A stretch of 47,108 nt of DNA from Chrysochromulina tobinii. Lineage: Eukaryota. Below, one piece after another: positions 20,614-29,443 of this stretch (position 1 is the first letter of the stretch; the number at the start of each line of letters is the position of its first letter). Below the pieces are notes generated by a model. The model searched no databases. It was given only the letters and a program-made list of their open reading frames with translations, and had not been told where the DNA came from. The DNA is taken from positions 1 to 47,108 of the forward strand of contig JWZX01003396.1 of the NCBI GenBank assembly GCA_001275005.1, read 5' to 3'. Both the position numbers and the translations under genes were made by a program.

Positions 20614-23600
20614 TCAGTCGAGGGCGAGGTAGAGAATATCGTCGTCGATGATCTGCGCCTGCTGCAGCGTCTGGGCGGGCGCGAGCATCTGCCGCTCCGC
20701 GCGGCCGAGCAGCACGTCGGGCGTGATGAACACAGGCGAGAAGTAGAGGGCGAGCTGGGAGGGCGAGCGACCCGCGACGTTGGGGAGAAGCTCAATCTGC
20801 TGCACGAGCAGGTCCTGCACTTCTCGAATTGTGGTCGTCGGCCGCACGCCACGCACGACCACCGTGTTGTTCTCGGGCGCGCCACGGCGGCATGGACGCA
20901 CGCGCACTTGGCGCAGCTGCGCGAGCGTCGACCCACCCGCAAAGAAGTCGGAGAGCGGCCGCGGCGCGGCCGAGAGCAGCAGGCGCTGAGTACCCCTGCC
21001 CTCTGCGTACGCGCCAATGATGGCATCATCATTGAGCGGCATGGTTGAGGTGGCAGACGAGATCGTGAGCGTGAGGCGCGGCGAGATGTGCAGCTGCGTC
21101 GCCACCTGCCGCTCGAGGTACGCCACAGCGCCGCTCATGCGCGCGCGCACGGCCACGTGACCTTCATCTGTGAGCAGCACGAAGAGGGCGAGCTGATCCA
21201 GGTTCGCGGGCAGAGCGGGCAGAACATGCATCTCTTCACTCGCGCTGCCTCGCATCTTGCTGCTTCCGCCCGCAGGCCCCGTGCCGTCCACGCCGCCGCC
21301 GCCCACGCCACCGCCCACGTGGTCCGACCCCCCGCCCACGCCGCCGCCGCCACCGTAGCCGCCACCACCACCGTAGCCGCCCAGCCCACCACCCGTGTCG
21401 CCGCCCGTCTGGCCATAGGCGGGGTGAGAGGCGGAATTGCTGTCAGTGACGGGCCTGTAGACCGATCCAGCGTACCCGTTCACGTAACCGTCACCCATAC
21501 CGGCGCTCGAAAGGTCTGCGAGAAGAGTGTTGAGGTGAGCGAGCTCCTCCGCCTCCACAGGCGAGAGCCCCGTGCGCGCTACGGCGCGCTTGTGGTTGAG
21601 CTCGTTGATCCTATCTTTGAGCGCCTGTGGATCTGCATGCGGATCTGCATGCAGGCCCCTGAGGACGCTGTCGTCAGATGCGCGCTCGTAGTCGCCGTCT
21701 CCAAAGCGGGGATCGTGACGGTCTTTAGGGTCGTACTCTGATGCGCCCTCGCCGACACGTCTTGATGGGTTCTTGCGATGATCGCCCATTCCCATATTAG
21801 GATCGCCCATTCCCATATTAGGATCGCCCATTCCTGCACCACCAGCGCCGTCACCCGAACCAAAGCGGCCGCCCGGACCAGAGCCGCCGACAGATCTGAC
21901 GCCGCTGCCCTGGCCGCAGCTGTTGCCAGAACCGTTGCCGGGTCCGAAGCCGCTCCAAGGGCTGGAGCTGCCGCCCGCACCAAAGCCGTTGCCAGGGCGA
22001 GCACAGGCAGGTGCGGCTGCCGGTGCCGGCGCCCCGAAGCCGAAGCTGCCGGCGGCAGCGGGCGCCGCCGGTGCACAGCCGAATGGCGCTGCCGGTGACG
22101 AAGCTGACGAAGCGGGCGCCGCCGGTGCACTGCCGAGTCGCGAGGCGGCGGTAGCGCCGGCGCCAGAGCTGCCCACACCTTGGCCGCCAAAGCCGCCTAG
22201 CCTGCCGCCGCTGAGCTCGGCGACCTTGTCCCTGAGGCCGTTAAGCATGGCCTCCTCCTCGGGAGAGAGGCCTTCGCTGTGGCCCTTGGCAGCTTGCTTG
22301 CGCTCGAGCTCGACGATGCGCTCCTTGACCTGGCCGATGGTGTCGAGCACCTCGACGCGCTCCTGCAGCTGCTGGATCTCGTTCTCCTCCTTGGGCGTGA
22401 GCAGCGGCCCCTGCCCGAGCGCAGCCGCCTGATGCTTGCGCAGCAGCTCCCCCAAGCGCGCCCGCATCACCTCGACGTCCATCGCCTCGACGTCTTCGGG
22501 GCCGAATTCGGCCGCACCGAGCCCCATCGCGTTCAGGATCATCTCGTACTGCTTGATCGCACGCTCGAGCTGCTCGCGCTTGAGGTGTGCCTCGGCCGCG
22601 TCCTCAATCGAGCGCTCCGCCTGCAGACGGAAGGCATCGAGCTCGAGCTCGCGCGAGCGGGCGAGCCCCTCGAGCTGGCGCAGACGTTCAAGCTCCCGTG
22701 CCTCGTGCTCGATCAGCTTCGCCTGCAGCTCGGCGTTCCGGTTGCGCTGCGCCTCGACTGCGTCGAGTAGAGCTGAGTTGCGTGCCTGCGCCTCGCGCCG
22801 CGCCTGCTGCTCCACCTCAAGATCCCTGTTGAACGAGCCGCGCAACTCTGCCGACGCCTCGGACAGACGGCGCATGTACTCCGCCCCGAGGTCGCTCTGC
22901 ATCTTGTGCAGGAGCGCTTCCCGCTCGAGCGCGCTCATTGCTGGGTGCAAATACGCCGTACGCTGCTCGACGGCGCTCTTGGTCGTGCCTAGCTCAATCT
23001 TGCCGCCGCCGTTACCGCCGCCGCCGCCGCTGCCATTGCGCACGCCCGGAGCCCCACGGCCGCCGCCAACACCACCACTGCCCACGCCCGCCCCACGGCC
23101 GCCTCCGCCGCCGCCGCCATCGGCGCCAACGGCGCCAACGGCGGCACTGAGCAGATGGTTAAGTTCAGCCTGGTCAGCAGGTGTGGCCGTGCGTTCCGCC
23201 TGCATGCGCAGCAGGTCCTTGAGCTTACGCGCGTCATCGGGTGCGAGGCCTTTGCCAAGCAGCCGGTCGAGCTCCTTCTGGTCACTGGGCGTGACGAAAC
23301 CGTCGAACAGCTTACGCAGCAACACCTTGAGCCTGCGCGGCTCGTCGGTGGGCAGGTTGTCCACTTTCTCGCCCTTGCCGTCCCGCCACGCACACCAGCC
23401 GCCGCCTGCGCCGTTGTCCACGGCCGCCTTCTTCGGGCCGCCCTTAGAGGCGGCGTCGACCATCCCGCCGTGGCCAAGACGGAAAAGACGGCCAAGACCG
23501 CCGTCGTCGTCAGAGAGGTCGCTGCCTATGGCCGCCTCCTCGCCCTCGCCGCCGCGGCCAGCGCCCGACACAGCGCCCCGTCGCTTCGCGCCCTTGGGTA

Positions 23601-26600
23601 GGGCTGAGAGGGTGGCTGATTTCGAGATCGCGATCACGGCGCATTGGACGCCGGTGACGCTCGCGAGCATGGCGGTCGCGCTGCTCGGGCTGCTCGTCGC
23701 TCTGGCCATCTTCGACTGCACCGAGTTCGCCGTCGCCGTCGGCGTCTGGATGCTCACGTCGACGATGACGCTGCCCGAAGTCACAGCCACCTCCACCGCC
23801 GACGGCTGGACGCCCGCCTCGGCGGCGATTGCATAAGTGATCTCGGCTTGCACGCTCGGGGTGAACAAGGAGACGTCGCCGGCGAGCTTGAGGGTGAATG
23901 CGACCACGCTCATCGCCGGCGGGGGACGACCAAGATTGCCGTCGTCGTCGTCGGCAGAGTCGTCGCCGCCTACGGCCGCCTCCTCGGCCGCCTGCCTAGC
24001 ACGGGACCTGCGGACGCTCTTGCGCTTGGCGGCCTTTGCAGCCTTCTCACGCCTCTCCTTGGCCGCGGCGAATGTGCCTGCCATGCCGTGCTGAAAGATC
24101 TTCTCCTCATCTTGCATCTTGTCGAGCTGTGCAGCCACCGATTTGAGCATCGCCTGCAGCACCTCCTGCTTATCAAGGGTCAGGTGCTGCCGGCAGAGCC
24201 GATCGAGCTCCACAAGTGCCCACGACTCCGCGCGCTGGCACGCGAGCAGCACCTCGTCGGAGATGGGCACGTCCTGTTGGAGCAGCATCTCGAGACGCTG
24301 GGCGGTGCGCGCCCCCTGCTTCATCGCCGCCGTCTCCGCGTCCTTGAGGCGCATGAGCTCGTCCCAGCCCAGGTTGATGGCCAGCAGTTCGTTCACAGTC
24401 GCCTCATCCACTGGCACCTTGATCCCCCTCTCCGCGTTGAGCAGCACGCGGCGCAGCCGGCGCTCAGCGAGCAGCGCTTCATACTGGTCGGCGCTGAGCA
24501 CATCGGGAAGGATCGCCTCGAGTCGCTCCTGATCGACAGGCGGCGGCACACCCGTGCGCTCTTGGAGAAGGCGCGCACGTTGCTGACGCTGGGCATCGAG
24601 CAACTGCTCCTGGACAGAGGGCGGCAGCTCGGTCGCTGTGAGCTGTGCAAGAGCCATGGCGTTGATAGGGGGCATCACGCCACGCTCGGCCAGGGCGACC
24701 ACGCGCCCCGCGACGATCTCAGAGCCGAGAGATTGCCGCTCCGCTTGATCCAGATGCACCTCGCACAGGCGAACGACCATGTCGTCATCGACCACGTCAT
24801 CCTCGAGATGAGAGAGCAGCGCCTGCTCCGTCTGGCCGACGCCGGGTTTGTCGGCGTGCTCGCGCAGCTTCATCAGGCGCACCTGCGACTCGAGCTTGTC
24901 GAGGGCGAGGAGCTCCTCCTCTGGCAGCGTCGCCTGAAGGGACTCCTCGAGCGCCAGGCTTGGCGGCAGGACGACCGCATGGTCAGCGAGCGCCCTCACT
25001 TCGGTGGCGATCTCTCTCGCACGCACCGCGTCGTACTCGACCGGCGAGAGCACCCGTCGTGCAATCGCGTCCATGGCCTGGTCGTCGTGCGGCGGCTCAA
25101 CCCCGAGTGCCTCGAGTGCCGCGAGCGCGCGGGCGTTGTCCGCGGCGAGCAGCCCACTCATCTCTTCGGGCGAGAAGCTGTCGATGATCTGCTCCTCCAT
25201 GAGTGCCTCCTCAATGGGGATGTCAATCTCGCGTGCCTGCAACGCGTGGATGCGCGTGTCGAGGCGCGCGCGCTCGCCCGCAGCCATCGATGCATTGAAC
25301 ATTCGCTCACAGTCGGCGGCGAACTCGTCCATCGGCTCCTCGAGGAGGAGTCCGGCGCCGACGGCCGTCGAGTCCCCCGGTGCGCACAGCCCTGCAGCTC
25401 CGAGAAGGTGACTGAGCTCCGTATGCTCATTCGGCGTGATCCTCCCTTCGGCCTGCTTGCGTAGCAGATCCTGGAGCTTCAGCGCGTCTTCAGGCGCGAG
25501 GCCGCTATTGACGAGCTTCCGATTGATCTCCCTTTGATCACTGGGCGACACGCTCCCCTCGAGCTGCTTGCGCAGCAGATCGCCCATCCGTTGGCGCTGG
25601 TCGAGCGGCAGCCGGTCGGCCGCGAGCAGCTGATTGAGCTGGGCCTCCTCCTCGGGCAACGTCACGCCCTCGGCTTGCCGACTCAGGAGATGAGCAAGCA
25701 AGTCTTTCTGCTCGGGGTTGAGATTCTTGCCCACGCCTCGGGGCAGTGCTGGGCCCATGAAGCCAGGTGCGCCCATCGCGCGTGCCTTCTCCGCCGACGC
25801 CTCGGCAGCCGCCTCGAGGGTAGCCACCTTGCTCACGATGCGCTCGAGCTCGGCGTTCTCTTTGGGCGTGATCGTGCCATCCTCTTTCTTGCGAAGCAGA
25901 TCCTGCGCCATCTGGAGCATCGCGCCCGCCTCAGCCTTGCTCAGGGGCAGTGACTTTTCGAGTCGTCGCAGCTCTGCCGCACCCTCGGGCGCGATCGTGC
26001 CCTGCGCCACTTGCTGACGTAGCTCGGCCACCCGTGCCTGCTGAGCTGCCAGGTCGGCATTGGCCATCGGCAGCTTGCCCCACAGCCCAACCATCTCGTC
26101 ATGCTCTTCGGGCGTGATCATGTCCTCCGCGAGCTTTTGCTGGAGCCCTGCCAAACGCCGCCGGTGCGCATCCGCCTGCTCCGCGAGCGTAGTCGCCTCT
26201 TGGGCAAGCTCGCTCATCAGCTCCTCCTTCTTCGCAGCCGCATCGAGGAGTGGCCGCTTCAGGCTCAACTCCTCGAGCTCGGCGAGCTCCTTGGAGAACT
26301 GAGTCTCGAGCCCGGGGCTCCGCGTCGTAGTACCGTCTTTGAGCTGCAGCTTCCGCTCGAGCTCTACCAGGCGATCCTCGGTCCGCGCGAGCTCATCCGC
26401 CGCCGTCACGCCGGGGAGCTCCCCGGCTTCGAGGCCGAGTGCCTCCTCGACGACTGAGGGCTTGGGTCCTGCGCTGAAGCCGACGCCCGCGAATGAGTCC
26501 TCCCTCAACAATAACTTCGCACCCGCCCCTGCTGCGCTCCTGGCCGCGCTCGGGGCCGAGCCCGCGCCCACGCCTCCTCGTCCTCGTCCCGGGCCGCCGC

Positions 26601-27408
26601 CGCCGCCGCCGCCGCCGCCACCGCCGCCGCCCGCGCGCGGACCAAGCTCGATCTTCGCGAGGGCCTCCTGCACGGCTTTGCGGAACTCCTCCTTGCGAAC
26701 CGTCTGCCCCACCCCGGCGGCGGTCAGCTCGGCAGGCACCTTCTTCCCAGCTTCCTCGATCTCGGTGCGCAGCTTGTCGGCAGCCTCCTCCGCCGTGCGT
26801 GCGCGGGCCGTCGCCGACTTGAGATCGGCCTCTTTCATTTCCACCGCTCTCTTCGCGTCGCTCAGCTGCTGCGCGAGCTGCATCTCAGCAGCACGACGCT
26901 CGTCCACCTTGCGCAGCGCCTCTTGGTAGTTCACCTCCACAGCCGCGACACGATTGAGCAGGTCACGGCGCTCGTCCTCGGCGGCGGAGTTGCTTGCCGC
27001 ATGGCTCCTGCGCTCGTCTGCGAGCTCCTTCTGGAGCGCCTGAACCTCCTGACCGAGTTGCTCGGTGCGTAACTCGAGCTGGCCCACGTAGACAGCATAA
27101 CGTGCCAGCCGCTCGTTGAGGCCGAAGACGCGTGAAGTGTCACCCGCAAGAGCATTGAGATCTGCGTTGGACACGAGCTTCATCGTTTCGAGGGGCATAC
27201 CCGCCTCCTTGAGCCTATTGAGCTCCTCTTGCAGCTGCTCCGTCGTCTTCCTGGTGCCCACAGTGCCGCTCGCTGCAGAGGGAGCGCCGCCAGCGGCAGC
27301 GCCAGACCCAGTCTCGTCCTCTCCGGAAACAGAGTGCCACGGATACGCCTGTTGGATAGTTCTCTCACTGTACTCGGAGCGGTAGTGCGTTCCCACAGAG
27401 CGAGACAT
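20614..27408 (-). CDS. Giant (2264 aa) coiled-coil protein with lamin/intermediate-filament rod motifs, internal repeats, a SEA-like module and two C-terminal ubiquitin-like domains
   Basis: Uninterrupted 6.8-kb ORF; LNERLARYAVYVGQLE (coil 1A-like), EYMRRLSEASAELRGSF (coil 2 start-like), LERAIKQYEMIL (rod end-like); C-terminal TTIREVQDLL...TLQQAQIIDDDILYL is beta-grasp-like. Confidence 0.85.
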   Translation of the reverse strand: MSRSVGTHYRSEYSERTIQQAYPWHSVSGEDETGSGAAAGGAPSAASGTVGTRKTTEQLQEELNRLKEAGMPLETMKLVSNADLNALAGDTSRVFGLNERLARYAVYVGQLELRTEQLGQEVQALQKELADERRSHAASNSAAEDERRDLLNRVAAVEVNYQEALRKVDERRAAEMQLAQQLSDAKRAVEMKEADLKSATARARTAEEAADKLRTEIEEAGKKVPAELTAAGVGQTVRKEEFRKAVQEALAKIELGPRAGGGGGGGGGGGGGPGRGRGGVGAGSAPSAARSAAGAGAKLLLREDSFAGVGFSAGPKPSVVEEALGLEAGELPGVTAADELARTEDRLVELERKLQLKDGTTTRSPGLETQFSKELAELEELSLKRPLLDAAAKKEELMSELAQEATTLAEQADAHRRRLAGLQQKLAEDMITPEEHDEMVGLWGKLPMANADLAAQQARVAELRQQVAQGTIAPEGAAELRRLEKSLPLSKAEAGAMLQMAQDLLRKKEDGTITPKENAELERIVSKVATLEAAAEASAEKARAMGAPGFMGPALPRGVGKNLNPEQKDLLAHLLSRQAEGVTLPEEEAQLNQLLAADRLPLDQRQRMGDLLRKQLEGSVSPSDQREINRKLVNSGLAPEDALKLQDLLRKQAEGRITPNEHTELSHLLGAAGLCAPGDSTAVGAGLLLEEPMDEFAADCERMFNASMAAGERARLDTRIHALQAREIDIPIEEALMEEQIIDSFSPEEMSGLLAADNARALAALEALGVEPPHDDQAMDAIARRVLSPVEYDAVRAREIATEVRALADHAVVLPPSLALEESLQATLPEEELLALDKLESQVRLMKLREHADKPGVGQTEQALLSHLEDDVVDDDMVVRLCEVHLDQAERQSLGSEIVAGRVVALAERGVMPPINAMALAQLTATELPPSVQEQLLDAQRQQRARLLQERTGVPPPVDQERLEAILPDVLSADQYEALLAERRLRRVLLNAERGIKVPVDEATVNELLAINLGWDELMRLKDAETAAMKQGARTAQRLEMLLQQDVPISDEVLLACQRAESWALVELDRLCRQHLTLDKQEVLQAMLKSVAAQLDKMQDEEKIFQHGMAGTFAAAKERREKAAKAAKRKSVRRSRARQAAEEAAVGGDDSADDDDGNLGRPPPAMSVVAFTLKLAGDVSLFTPSVQAEITYAIAAEAGVQPSAVEVAVTSGSVIVDVSIQTPTATANSVQSKMARATSSPSSATAMLASVTGVQCAVIAISKSATLSALPKGAKRRGAVSGAGRGGEGEEAAIGSDLSDDDGGLGRLFRLGHGGMVDAASKGGPKKAAVDNGAGGGWCAWRDGKGEKVDNLPTDEPRRLKVLLRKLFDGFVTPSDQKELDRLLGKGLAPDDARKLKDLLRMQAERTATPADQAELNHLLSAAVGAVGADGGGGGGGRGAGVGSGGVGGGRGAPGVRNGSGGGGGNGGGKIELGTTKSAVEQRTAYLHPAMSALEREALLHKMQSDLGAEYMRRLSEASAELRGSFNRDLEVEQQARREAQARNSALLDAVEAQRNRNAELQAKLIEHEARELERLRQLEGLARSRELELDAFRLQAERSIEDAAEAHLKREQLERAIKQYEMILNAMGLGAAEFGPEDVEAMDVEVMRARLGELLRKHQAAALGQGPLLTPKEENEIQQLQERVEVLDTIGQVKERIVELERKQAAKGHSEGLSPEEEAMLNGLRDKVAELSGGRLGGFGGQGVGSSGAGATAASRLGSAPAAPASSASSPAAPFGCAPAAPAAAGSFGFGAPAPAAAPACARPGNGFGAGGSSSPWSGFGPGNGSGNSCGQGSGVRSVGGSGPGGRFGSGDGAGGAGMGDPNMGMGDPNMGMGDHRKNPSRRVGEGASEYDPKDRHDPRFGDGDYERASDDSVLRGLHADPHADPQALKDRINELNHKRAVARTGLSPVEAEELAHLNTLLADLSSAGMGDGYVNGYAGSVYRPVTDSNSASHPAYGQTGGDTGGGLGGYGGGGGYGGGGGVGGGSDHVGGGVGGGGVDGTGPAGGSSKMRGSASEEMHVLPALPANLDQLALFVLLTDEGHVAVRARMSGAVAYLERQVATQLHISPRLTLTISSATSTMPLNDDAIIGAYAEGRGTQRLLLSAAPRPLSDFFAGGSTLAQLRQVRVRPCRRGAPENNTVVVRGVRPTTTIREVQDLLVQQIELLPNVAGRSPSQLALYFSPVFITPDVLLGRAERQMLAPAQTLQQAQIIDDDILYLALD
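21781..21834. repeat. Coding 21-bp tandem repeat (GMGDPNM) x2.5
   Basis: atcgcccattcccatattagg repeated. Confidence 0.9.
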
Positions 27409-27563
27409 CGACACGCCACGGCACGCAAGAAGACCACAGGCAGTCCGTTGCGAAAGTAGCCCAAAAATGGAACTTCAGGTCAACATTGCATGCCGATGGG
27501 CAAATATGAACCCACAAAAAGTATGTACCTCAAGAAGAACGTGTGCGTGCTAATATAGCCATC

Positions 27564-28263
27564 TCAGCATAACTGCTCCTCATCTCTCAAGTACTCTCCC
27601 ACGTCCGCCTGGTGGAAGGCGACGATCCCCTGCGGCACGAGCTTGCGCACCTCCGCCGTCGACTTAGCAGCCGTCCCGAAGCCCAGTGGCACGTCGGCCA
27701 TGTTGAGCACGATCACGCCCTGGTACTGCGGCGTGTCCTCGGTGATGCGCCCCAGGCCTGCTTTGAGGACATGGTTGCCGTACAGAAATGACTGCTCCGC
27801 CGACGGCTTGAGCCACACTTTGTACTGCGCGTGCTGTGCGAGGTAGTCGAGGCATGTTACGTGCAGTCGAAACTTTCCTGTCTTCGTGAATTTACCGAAC
27901 GTGCAGCCAATCTGGTGGAGCTTATCACGCGGCAGTGCAGACGCGTGCTTGAGCAGCGCCTCGCTTACGTAGTAGACGCGATTATTGTGCAGCCGGAAGC
28001 AGTAGCGGCCGTCGGGCCGATCGATAAGCCTCTTGATTCCGTGGCCGATGTACTTCGCGAGCTTCTCGAAGAAAGTTTTGCTGCAGCAGGATGCGACGTT
28101 CGCAGCACACGGAATGCGATCAGAGTGAGGCTCCGGAGAGAATGGCATGCGCGGCAGACGACGCTGAGCGTGGATGCGACCAAGGAGAGATACGGCACGC
28201 TGTGTGGCATGCGAGAATCATGGCGGCTACGCACAGCTCGTCTTCTGTCAATGGCCGGACCAT
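27564..28263 (-). CDS. NIP7: 60S ribosome biogenesis protein NIP7; 2 exons, 181 aa
   Basis: complement(join(27564..28080,28235..28263)); [76 protein letters not shown]. Confidence 0.97.
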
Positions 28264-28466
28264 GGCGCTCTCTCCAGACAGGGAACACTAGATCGCCAGC
28301 GACGTCGTCAACAGCTCACGACAGCGCGTTTTGGAAGTTCAGGAGGCTTGTTTCGTTACCGCGGTTACAAACACCACGTCAACCTAATGCATGGAAGTCC
28401 ACACAAAAGATAGACCGGCGTGAAGTGTGAACGTGAAGACTGCGCGAGCGCAGCGCCGCTTCACTT

Positions 28467-29267
28467 CTATGCCCATCTCGACCGGAAGGGCATGATGGAG
28501 GTGCGCGGGTGAATGGTATCGAACAACATAGTCGTCGCCGTGCCCGAGAGCGCGGGTAGCACCGCATCGCGCCAGCGCGCATAGTGCGCCGACGCCTCGT
28601 GGGCCACGAGCGCTGCAGAGTGCCGGAAGACCTTTCTTGCGACAAAGAGGGTTGGTTCCTCGTCGCTCTGGAGGAGGTCGCAGCGCAAGACCCCCGCTTC
28701 GGTGAGCGCATTGTAGCCGAGGTCAGTCCAGCTGCGACGGAAGGCGTCGGCGGCCTCCTTCTCGACTCGGTAGGTCCTCTGCTGCACCAGGAGGGACAGC
28801 CGGCCGATCTCGCGGAGCGACCCCGGCTCGATGCTGTAACTGGGTACGAGCCAGCGTGCACGCTCTGGCCAGACGGTGCGCAGGCGGAGCGTCTCACGCA
28901 CCTTGAAGTCGTTGGTGCCCATACCGAGCCATTGAGGCAGCAAGGGCGTTCCCTCGAGTGGCCGCCGGTGCACCAGCGTCGCGCTGATGACCGGCACGTA
29001 TCCGCTGTGCTGCTGCTGCGGCGGCGGCGGCTGCTGCTCTATGAGCTCAAAGCGCAGCGCACCCGACTCGGAAGGATCGCTCATCTCATCCGCAATGTCG
29101 GCAAGTGCGCGGAAGGCGGCGAGCGCCGTCGCATTCCCACGCGCCGTCTCGAGTGTGCCCGTGAGGAGGAGCACGTGCAGACCGGACTCGTCGAGCAGCT
29201 CGGTAAAAACGTAGTTGAGGCCTACGAGCACCGCGACTCCCGGCACGAGCAGCTTGGGGCTGGCCAT
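28467..29267 (-). CDS. ABM (antibiotic biosynthesis monooxygenase)/LsrG-like dimeric barrel protein with a hydrophobic N-terminus
   Basis: C-terminal EAGVLRCDLLQSDEEPTLF...AHEASAHYARWR; a degenerate copy N-terminally (ESGALRFELIEQ). Confidence 0.75.
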   Translation of the reverse strand: MASPKLLVPGVAVLVGLNYVFTELLDESGLHVLLLTGTLETARGNATALAAFRALADIADEMSDPSESGALRFELIEQQPPPPQQQHSGYVPVISATLVHRRPLEGTPLLPQWLGMGTNDFKVRETLRLRTVWPERARWLVPSYSIEPGSLREIGRLSLLVQQRTYRVEKEAADAFRRSWTDLGYNALTEAGVLRCDLLQSDEEPTLFVARKVFRHSAALVAHEASAHYARWRDAVLPALSGTATTMLFDTIHPRTSIMPFRSRWA

Positions 29268-29443
29268 GGGCGTGTCGTAGAAATGGACTTCACACGAGAT
29301 CTCATCTCAGAAACATGAACAGAAACTTTGGGCGTCACACGGCAGGACCTTCCTGACGAGGTGTTCGACTGTGTGAGTGTGAACGTACGTTCACAGATGG
29401 ACTTCAGGACGAAGCTCGACGCCTTCTGTCGCGCTGCTCCTCG

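Noticed and set aside
22436..25464. Long plus-strand ORFs (466 and 606 aa) opposite the giant gene
   Set aside because: Antisense shadows of a GC-rich coding strand; no domain signal
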